A stretch of 64,000 nucleotides of DNA from Strigamia acuminata. Lineage: Eukaryota. Below the pieces are notes generated by a model. That model saw only the letters and a program-made list of their open reading frames with translations, made no database searches and was not told the DNA's origin. This document shows, piece by piece, positions 1 to 10,900 of this stretch. The DNA is taken from assembly GCA_949358305.1 (NCBI GenBank), contig OX442314.1, positions 19,468,001-19,532,000 on the forward strand, given 5' to 3'. The stretch's first letter is position 1; each line of letters starts with the position of its first letter. The position numbers and the translations under genes were made by a program.

Positions 1-1921
1 AAATCGATAATTGATCTGACCGCTCAACCCAGCAATTATCGCATTTTAATTTTAAATTACACAAAAATAAAAAAATATACTCAGCGAGCTATAAATTTGT
101 TAATCAATTTACCGGTTAAGCTTTAGGGGATTATAAACTAAATCCCCTTTTGCCCATCTCTTGTGATTTCTGTCACCATAATCGACGGTGAAGACGAGAG
201 CATTTATTCAATAATTAATATTAACTTAATTGGATGGAAAATTTGATATCCTGCGTTACGAATCACAGTTATCGGAAAACGATAAGTTCCCAAACGACAG
301 CAATGCAGAAAACCCTGAACAAACAATAAAACAAAAATAAAAAAAATTCTTCTCCTTGTTTACTTTAATTGAGATCCTCAAATCGTTCTGAATTTGCATT
401 CCTGCGCACTGCCACCGCGAGTGGTAATTATGTGTTATTTTTTTAAAAATCGACGAAATTAAGACAATCAATTCAGTCGGCAAGTTACAAATTAAACTTT
501 TGATAAAGTTCCTCTTTAAAAGTGCTTTCGGAGGAAACGGATTTCGATCCACGTCCACTGCACCGAAAAGATCTTGTGTCTTATATTGCTTATCCAATCG
601 TATAGAAAGAAGAGACAACGTAAATAAACAGAAGTGCAACTTACAACTTTAATAAACTCAATTGATTTATTTGCCTATTTCCATGATAATGGTTCATAAA
701 CAAGCTTATGTTTAGTTAGCAATCACTTCGGCTGTATTTTCTAATCAATAAATGATTAACTACCGCCAGTTTTGGCGCTTCTGAAAACAACTAACCAATT
801 TGGCTTCGGCAGAAAAAATTCACCATGAAATTGCACCCAAAGGAAATTTTCAAATTTTGCATCACGAAACAGCGAACTTCGCATTTTATTCCGAGGTTTA
901 CCCAGGCCCTCGGCCGTTTGGCTTTGGTAAAGTGAAGAGTATTAGTTAATTGTGTTAAAGGTCAATAAATCAGTGCTTTGATATACCCGTGAAACCAATA
1001 CCAATAAAGAATCCATTTACTGTCGTGTAACGAAAGGAAAAAAAAAATCGACAATTTTAAAGTGTACAATTTATTGTAAAGAAATTTCTTTCATGCAGTT
1101 CTTAAATCTTACAATTTCGATTTTCAGTTTTAAAGTTGCGTTTTTATTCTTTTTCCGGTGGAAATTAATTTTGCCACGACGGTGACGAAATATTTTTTTT
1201 TTCTATTAAATTTGAATATTCAGAATGGTGTTATAAATCATGTTTCTTTCATTCCTTATCTCCACCTTACCTCGTAATGAAACGATGGTTTAGTCATAAT
1301 TGGAGCTTTGTTTGAATTCCTCTAGCGTAAATGATTCTGTTACGCCCACCTAGACAGTCGAATGTGTATTGATTCCCAATTGATGACCTCAAAATATTAT
1401 AAACGCTTTATTACGGTACCTTTAATATAATTCGAAATATAAGTCAACTGATTACCCACGAATAAGCAAATTTTCTTCTTCACTGGAAAGCACAAAAGCG
1501 TGACATCACATCGCAATCAATATCACTTTCTAGCCAAAGACCAATACTAAATCGCATTCCCTGTGTGTTTCCAACAAAAATTTTCAATTTCCGCCCTCGA
1601 AATAAATTAGAAAAAATACATCCACACATTCCTCAAAAAAAAAAATATAAAAAAAAATGAAAAATCCATTATTTTTTTCTCCAAATTCCAAATTCCAAAA
1701 AAAAAAAGAAAAAAAAGAAAAAGAAAAGCTGAATAAATTTGCTCTCCGTAAACCCTTATTCCCTCTAATTAACAATTTAGACTCAAATTTGCACAGCACG
1801 GAAGCCGAATACAAATTCGAACTTAACATTAACATCGGTCTACGAGTAGAAGCTTTCCGATCAATACGAAAACACTGAGAAGTAGCATGCGAGTAGCACA
1901 GAGCATCGGTGTGCACCACCG

Positions 1922-4900
1922 ATGCGGACCTTGGCGCAACAGACAGTGCTCACCGTTCTAACGTTAGTACTCTCCGCTACATTTCTATACACAGGTGAAC
2001 AAACAACATCACAACCGCGTCGAATACGTCACCAAAGGACCAGATTCGCCCATGCCCGAGAACGCACCAGAATCCACTCGCCGTGGAAAACTCCCGCTCC
2101 AACTCACACCTCAGCATCCTCCGCTCTAACCACCGACGTGACGGTTGAACATAAGTCTATCGCCGAAGACCGCAACGACCTAGTAACAAAAATTCTACGC
2201 ATGGTCGAGACCCAGCATGTAATGGGCGAAAACTGCACGGCAGGTACGGATTTAATTCTCGCTGACGGTGTCATAGCGAGCCCACGGTTTCGTCTCGAAG
2301 CAGACGTTGCCGTCAATCGTGCTAATTTCCTAACTCGTCTATGGAGATACGCACCCGACGCTCTGCGCAACGCCGAATACATACTTTACGCCGGCGTACG
2401 TTCCATGATTGATTTCGACGACGATATTTTCGCAGCCGGTAACTGCTACGACTTAGGCGCATTCACCGAGGAATTGTTCTGCCCGTTCGCTTACAGACTC
2501 GCTAACGGCAGCGTAGTTGCCAAAGACCTTTCCGAAGAGTATAAGTACTTAAGTAATACTTCCGAATGGTTTTACCGAGCGCGGACATCCGCTTATCGGG
2601 TTATAGCTAATATACCCGTTGCCTTACAAAAAGGTAAATATATTACACATCTTTTTTTTTACTTTTTACTATTTATCTCGTTAAGGGGATTCTTTCACCT
2701 CCTGTTGTTTTGTGGTGTCATAATGTCCGTAATATTGACTTTCTGTCAGCGTTAAAAGCCAATTTGACGACTAAATTGTGCCACGGTATTAAAAAACGTA
2801 ACGAGCTCTTAAAATGCTCGTAGAAAATAAGTGAAGACTTACTAAGAATGTGTTCGACTTTGCAATCAGCTTATCGCTCCCAGGTTTCAGATAAAAGCAA
2901 AGGTGTATTTGGCTTTAAATGATGTCCCACGATACACATCTTTTTGATTAAAAATACGCTTTTCATAAAAGCAAATCAAAGTGTCACGAACAATAGAAGA
3001 GTTAGTTCACTCAAATGTTCCCGCATCCACAACTTATTCATAATTAAAAAGTTCCATAAGCACTTCGAAAACTCATTTAAAGTAATTAGTTTAAATCGCT
3101 CTAAGGATTTTTCACCTATCGTGCTTTTTTTTAAGTACATAAAAGGTCTTATTAGGTACACAAATGTTGTTTTTAGATACGTTAATAGTCCTTTTAGAGA
3201 AAAAAATACACATATAGTTGCACGAATGCATCTACCAGATGAAATGTCGAATAAAAAAAGAGATTGCATCTTCCGCGGAACAACTTTACACCTAATACAT
3301 CCGTCTCCTTTTCCTTTTTTAGAGTGCCAAACGTTGGCACGGAAACAAACATAAATATTCATGACGCATGTTCGCCACAGTTTCAAGAAATCAAATTACC
3401 TCTTAACTGAAAAAACGAGGCGGCCAAATGTAAATAAAAGAGCATTTTTGTCACAAAACCAAACACAATTTAAAATATTCCACCCTTAACGACTTAAAAA
3501 TAGGCGAGAAAATATGAGTATTTACCGCTTTACCAGTTGCCACCCACATCTATTATTCAAGTAAAATAATAGAGAATGTTTCTTAGAAGCGACGATATGT
3601 GTGCTTACCAAGATAACTACAGTTCGCACCCGGTATCTTGATGCTAAATTCGTACTGCGTATCCCATTCTAATTCCAGTTGTTATTCAGCAGTATTAAGC
3701 CTAATATTAGACCTAATAATGCTAAAATAAAGTAAATAAACAACAATAAACTCATTATTAAAGTAATTTACAGCTTAGTACCAAAATATTTTTATTTATT
3801 TACCTTATTTTTTGCATTATTAGGCCTAATATTAGGCTTAATACTGCTAAATAACAACTGGAATTAGAAAATCGTCTGCGCAGAATGAGATGCGCACTAC
3901 GGATTTATAGTATCAAGATGCCGAGCGCAAACTGTAGACTTTATTCTCTTTAGGCTTTATTTCCTCTAAGATATTCAATTTCTTTGTTTCCATTTCACGT
4001 TGAATTATTCATGTACCGTAGTCAAATTTCTTATGTTTTCACATGATGTTGTCGTTTCTCACTCTCAAGAATACAGAAATTTGTCCCTGCAGGTCGTTTG
4101 CCATGAAAAAAATCCTTCCCTACATATTTACAGACCTTTAAATGTAAATAGATTCAATTTTAAGTTTATATACATATTTATGCCTACGTTTCCACAATCT
4201 CAAGTTTGGGTACAATTAGGTTCGGAGGGAAACCCCTGAGTGGAGCCCTCCATTTTAAAGCTCTCAACCGTGCTGTGAGACGTGCACAACATTCGTGTTT
4301 AAAGTAGACCCCTAAGTGTAGCCTTTTCAAGCCTTTCAACCATCTTCATTTCATGGCTGTCATGTGTGCACAACGCAACCGCATTGTTGCATTGTGCGCG
4401 GAGTGTGACTAGTTAGTCGAACTTAAATCAATCAAAAATATACGATTCTTGGATTTTGTGATTTTGTATTAATGACAAAATCAATCATTTTTGATGCCGT
4501 CGAATTCAATCGCAGGACATTGCATTTGTGCGATTTAAAGGTTCTAAAAATAGCCACATAACCCAACCAACCGATATTAAAAGAAAAAACTGTTTAAATT
4601 CCTTACAAAAAAAACGAAAATGACAACATTTTACACTGAAACTTCCGGAGTTGTTTGTTGGTTTAGCCAGCTAACACGAATTCAAAAATACTTCGGTGCT
4701 TTGCCATTTATTTGTGATGACCAGATTGGCCACATTTGTTAGATTTAATTGTTGTAAATTATCATTTGTTTGACGTTTTATCCAAGTTTGTAATGTTTGC
4801 GACACGTTATGCGCGTGTCATTCTATTGTTGTAAAAACTTTTTCTGAAGAGTAAAGACGTGTTTTTCTGTTCCGTTAACGTGTGATCTTTTAATTCGATT

Positions 4901-7900
4901 TGGACATTCGAAATACAACAAGTGGTAGCAGTAGGCCGGTTTTCTTCGAAGAGAAGCTCTACACGGCACTCCGACGATATTTTTAAAAATGACGAAAACG
5001 TGGACAGCTACTTGAACAGAGCCAAGTCCATTCAAGCCAGATCTAAAGCAGTTGGTCGAGACGTGAAAAATCGTGAGTTAATGTTATTTGTTACACGCGG
5101 ACTTTTGCAAAAACACGAGCATATCGCGAGGAATTTCCGAACGAATGCAACGGCGACAATTGAAGAGTTGCGGCGGGCGTTAAAACTAGAAGAGCAACAC
5201 TCAACATTCCGAACGAGGGGACCAGCAATGGAAAACACAACAATGGCATTTCGGGCGCAAGTTGGCAAGAACTCTGGCGGCAAAAAGTTGAAAGGTGGGA
5301 CTAAAATAGTATGTTACGAGTGTGGCAAAAGCGGCCATATTGCCAAAAATTGTTGGCAGCGCTATCCTGAGAAGCGACCAGCACAGGCAGCGCAACGAAC
5401 CAAAGAAACGGCAAAAATTGCGCAAGTGGAGGAAGCAACAATACAGCATGCGCTCATTGTTGATTTGGAGAACGAGGACCACATTGATGATTGGATTTTG
5501 GATTCGGGCGCTTCTGCACATATGTCAAGTAAACGTGGATTGTTCAGTTCATTTGTTGAAATGGAAACAATAGTCACGACAGCAAAGAAAGGAGTGAAGC
5601 TCATTTCTACAGGAAAGGGCAACGTGATTTTAAATTGCCAACTGGATGGAGGACAGACAATGAAGATTTTGTTGATGGATGTGCTGTTTATTCCAGAACT
5701 AAAGGGGAATTTGATGTCGGTTCCACGTTTGACGGCGAAAAATTACGGAATTTTCTTCAAAGGAAATTGGGCAGACATAAAGAGCCCAAATGGAGAAACA
5801 ATTGCTAAAGGAATAAGAGATGGGAACATGTACCTGTTGCAGTTAACAAAAGAAGAACAGGTGAATGCAGTAACCACGACAACCAAGGAATCGAAGGAAT
5901 TATGGCATAAACGCTTGTGTCATATGAGCGAGCAGACGATGGATAAAATGACCAAAAAGGAAATGGTTCACGGTTTGGAGTACGTAGATGCACAATTGGA
6001 AAAATGCACGGCATGCATTTTGGGCAAGATGACCAGAAGTCCCTACAAGAAAATCAAGGAAAAACAATCAAACGAGATTTTACAATTGGTGCATGCAGAT
6101 CTAATAGGACCGATTCAGGTTTCATCTTTGGCGGGAAGCAAATACGCATTAATAATGACGGAGGATTTCACACGTAAGAAATTCGTTTATTTCTTGAAAG
6201 AAAAATCGCAGACATTTGAGTTTTTTAAAACGTTTAAAGCGATGACAGAGAAACAAACCGGACAAAAATTGAAAAAACTCAGAAGTGATAATGGAGGCGA
6301 GTTTGTGAACGCTAATTTCAAACGTTTTTTCGATGAAGAGGGCATAATACACGAACTAACGGTGCCATTTAATCCGTCCAGCAACGGAATTTCGGAACGG
6401 ACGAATCGAACACTCGTGGAGGCGACGCGGACATTACTGTTGGAATCAGGGTTACCATTGAGTTTTTGGGCAGAGGCTTTAGCCACGTCGGTGTACGTGA
6501 AAAATCGCTCTTTGACCAAACCAAACGGGGATCTAGTACCGGAGGAGATGTGGACGAAACGCAAGCAAGCAATAAATTATTTGAGGAATTTTGGATGCGA
6601 GGCTTTCCTGCACGTCCCAGCAGAAAAACGGCAAAAACTCGATCAAAAGGCAAAACATGGGATTTTTATTGGCTACTCGGTTGATAGAAAAGCGTACAGA
6701 GTCTACGTTCCGGATGACAAGAAGGTACAAGAAGGAAGAACAGTTATATTTAACGAGAAAATTCGGGGAGCGGACATTTTTAGTTTAAACGAGAAAAATG
6801 AAAAACGACGATTTTGCCAAGAAATCGAGGATGAAATCATTGTTGCAGAGCCGAATGTGGATGACAACAACCAACAGCCAGCGGTTGCAGTCGAAAACGA
6901 CCCACAACCAGAGCAACAGGCGGAGCAACAATTGGATCAACCAGCACGAGTTGGGAGGCCAGTGGGATCGACGAAGGCCGTACTCGAACAGCGCCACGCA
7001 GAGCAACGCGAACTGCGTGAACAACAATTGCAACAAGAGGGAGTACGCCGCTCACAGAGAATTGCAGCGCAGCATGAAGCGGTCAATGCAGCGGTCGAAG
7101 CTGCAGATGAACTATTAGTAGATGAGTTTTTTACACCGGAAACCTTTGACCAAGCAATGAACTGTGCCGACAAGGAAAGATGGAAAGAGGCAATGAACAG
7201 CGAAATTGATTCGTTACACGTAAACAACGTGTGGACCCTGGTCAAGAGAGAGAAGAAAATGACAACAATCAAGAGTAAGTGGATATTTCGCATTAAGCTG
7301 AACGCCGATCGAAGCGTGAACAAATACAAGGCGAGGTTGGTGGCGGTGGGATATTCACAGCGAGCCGGAATAGATTTTACGGAAACCTTCTCACCAGTGG
7401 TCAGACTGGAATCGCTTCGAATCATCTTGTCCATGGTCGCGAAGCACAAATTATTCACAAGACAATTTGATATCAAGACAGCCTACCTTTACGGTCTGAT
7501 TGACGAAACAATTTTCATGGAGCAGCCGGAGGGGTATGTGCAAGAGGATTTTGTTTGCAAGCTCGAACGCAGCCTGTATGGCCTGCGCCAATCGGGCAGA
7601 TGTTGGAATCAACGACTGGACGAAGAACTGACGAAAATAGGCCTGACACCGCTAATAAATGACAGGTGTGTTTATGTTTACAAGAAGAGAAATGACTATC
7701 TTATTCTGGGAGTCTATGTGGACGATATTTTGGCAGCGTTCACTCGACCAAAGATTTTGGACCGAATAATGAGACGTTTGAAAAGAGTTTTTGAAGTGAT
7801 CGACATGGGAGAAGTGCATTTCCTACTAGGGATGGAAATTTCGATTACAGAAGCAGGAGTCTTTATTGGTCAACAGAAATACGTTAGCGAAATTTTGGTG

Positions 7901-10900
7901 AAATATGACTTATTGGACGGGATCGTCGCGAGCACGCCAATGGCGACCGGTCAGGACCTGAACGATTTTGAAAATTCGAAGAAAGTTGATCAGCAACTAT
8001 ATCAACAAATTTTGGGATCACTGATGCACGTGATGGTGGTCACCCGACCGGATCTATCATTTGCGATAAGCGCATTGTCGACGTATGCAAGGGACCCACG
8101 TCAAGTGCATTTCAGGGCAGCTAAACGTGTCCTGCGTTACCTGAAAAAGACAAGAGAAACGCAACTATTTTTTCCGAGTGAAGACGGAAATTTACAAGGT
8201 TTTGCTGATGCAAGCTGGTGCTCAACCCAAGAAGCGAAATCGTACACGGGAATAATCGTAAAAATCGGACTTTCAACAATAAGTTGGAAAACAAAGAAAC
8301 AACGTCTCGTTGCGATGTCGTCGACGGAGAGCGAAATTTTGGCCATATGCGAACTGCTCAAATCCATAAAATGGGCACGTGATTTTCTATATGAAGTTGG
8401 AGAAGGAAGCAGTGTTCAAAGAAGTGTGCCAATCTACACAGACAGTTCACCAGCGATTCAAGTTTTGTGTGGGGCGAACCAATTTGGTCGCACAAAACAC
8501 ATTAATAGACATTTAATGTTTATTAAAGACGAGCTGAAGCTCGGCAATATCAAACTAATTCATTTACCTTCAACAGAAATGATCGCGGACTTTTTAACCA
8601 AAGCTGTGGCAAAGGATAAATTCACGGAGGGTCGAAAGGGCGTAAGCTTGAAGGACGAGGGGAAGATGAACGAGATCGAGGAGGAAGAGAAAAATGAAGA
8701 CAAATAATAATTTATTCATTTTGTGTTTTTGATATTGTTGAATGTTAATTTTTAAGTTTGTTTCAAAACCCATGATAATTTATAAGCGGGGTTTGTTAGA
8801 TTTAATTGTTGTAAATTATCATTTGTTTGACGTTTTATCCAAGTTTGTAATGTTTGCGACACGTTATGCGCGTGTCATTCTATTGTTGTAAAAACTTTTT
8901 CTGAAGAGTGAAGACGTGTTTTTCTGTTCCGTTAACGTGTGATCTTTTAATTCGATTTGGACATTCGAAATACAACAACATTAGATCAAGCTTGGCTGCC
9001 ATTTTGTTTCATTTGAAATCGCAAAAACATGCTTAATTTTGTGATGTTGCATTTTCCCCTTATGTTTTTGTAATATTGCACTTGCTTGGTAGAACTAATA
9101 TCACCTGACAAATCCAAAAGTGCAAATTGTTATAATTGCAAATTTACAAAATTGCCTCTACTAATGAAACCCCATAATATTGTTACTGTTCTTGCATTTT
9201 TAGCACTTAAAGTCGGCTGAATCACAATGAAATGGAAATGGGACTTTAAGTAATCTATATGAAACATCATGTTTAAATAAATAATAAAACCCAATTAAGG
9301 TTTAATTGAGTTTTGATGTTACGTTATAATGAAAAGCAGTCGTCGATATCAAAGGCAAATATTAAAATTTAAAAGGAAAAACACGAGGTAAAAGAAATTC
9401 TACGTCGCATAAAATATGTACAGAGAATTCCTTTTATCCTAGTGGGATTTTTCGGTTCTTTTTGCGTTTGCTTTTGTTGTGTATCGTCCAATCTGGGCCT
9501 CATTCAGTATTCTCATCGTCGTTCTTTGACGATGAATAACATGCATGGAAAAATATCTTCGTCGAGGCTAATTTTTCGCTGAACAGGCAACCGAATAGCG
9601 AATAGCCTGCGATTAGCCTCAGCTCAAACAAAAATAAATCCTTACGACCTACTGAAGGGGAAAAAATATTTTGGCGCTGCCTTGCGTGGGGCCCGGAAGA
9701 TTTTCTTTTACCGGGGCCAGGGCCCGTTCTCGCACTCTACGGCCGTGGATATCATCCAAGATATTTTACATTTGTTCAGTCACAAATTTTTTGTCTTTTT
9801 TTCTAAATCGTAAATGTACTTACAGTTGAAAATTGAGAGTACATGCGTGCTTCGAAGCGATGTTTTCGGCTGCCATGTTGTATAGTTGTTGCATCCGGGG
9901 ATTAATGATTTACACTAGACCCCTCTGACGGGGTAAAACGGTTTTAATTCAAGATAGAAAGACAATTCTATCTTGTCACATATTTCATGTTTTGTTTCAA
10001 TTTAGGATTTAATTTACTTCGAAACCACGAATCAAACAAATTACCTGCAGAAGAAGAGGTTTTGTTGGTAACATACGAAGATGGTTGGTGGACAAAGCCC
10101 TACTTCGATTGTGGAGGAGGCAACATCTGGATGATGACTTATACGGTGCCGTTTTTTGGTCACGCTAATGGCTCGTACGTCTTTAAGTATGGCGAATAAA
10201 TTATCGTTCTCATAACCAGAAAATCTGGAATTGTTAAACATTGATCTCGAACATTGGCGACATTGGTTCGCTTTTGCTTCTTTGAGCTTTGCTGCACTGC
10301 GCATACAAATATTGAACTTCTCATTGAAATAAAATAAAATGATTTTTACTAAAGTTGTAATTAGTTGATGTTCAGATATTAAAAACTTTGCGAAATTCTA
10401 TTTAAACTCGAATTTCATCAACATTCTTTAATTTAATTTAATATTCTTGTAAAAAATGGAAAAACTTTAGTAAAACTTTTCAATAACTGAGTGAGCAATA
10501 GTGAAGAAGTTCAATTTCTATTCAATTTTTATTTCAATTTTTATTTATACCGATCAACGTGGTCGAGAAAATTGATTTCAAAATTTTTAGTTTTCTCTCA
10601 AACTTGATATTTCTGATGTGAAGTATAATTTCTTTCTTTATCAACACAAAATCATCCCAATAAAGCTCTCAAAATGTCCACATTTCCTGGTAATGTTTAA
10701 ATTAAATACGAATTTTAAAAAAAAATAAAAAATAAAATAAAACTGAATTGAACACGAAAATGTACGTATAAATAAATAATAATTTCTGCAGATCTGCACC
10801 TTAGGGACCTTACGCTAAAACGTACATTTTCTGTTCCAAAAAAGGCATCTGTTTTGGGCAAGTTTAAACTATAGGTTTACATTTGTTATGACAGAGGAAC

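Larger units (their letters stand above)
4737..8977 (+). mobile_element. Ty1/copia LTR retrotransposon, recent insertion in GPCR intron 1
   Basis: TG...CA LTRs at 4737-4920 and 8794-8977 (184 bp, one visible mismatch). 5-bp target-site duplication ACATT at 4732-4736 and 8978-8982. PBS at 4923 and purine tract AAGCGGGG at 8784-8791. Domain order PR-IN-RT-RH is diagnostic of copia. Confidence 0.97.

Noticed and set aside
4364..4413. Hairpin GCACAA..TTGTGC followed by CTAG|T, resembling a Helitron 3' end
   Set aside because: The hairpin is longer than typical, no 5' TC end could be assigned, and no second copy was seen in the window.
5032..8367. Many antisense and alternate-frame ORFs inside the copia element
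   Set aside because: Shadows of the long pol frame with no recognisable domains.
9660..9745. GC-rich patch (GGGGCCCGG..GGGCCC..CTACGGCC) resembling a DNA-transposon end
   Set aside because: No matching opposite terminal repeat or target-site duplication found.
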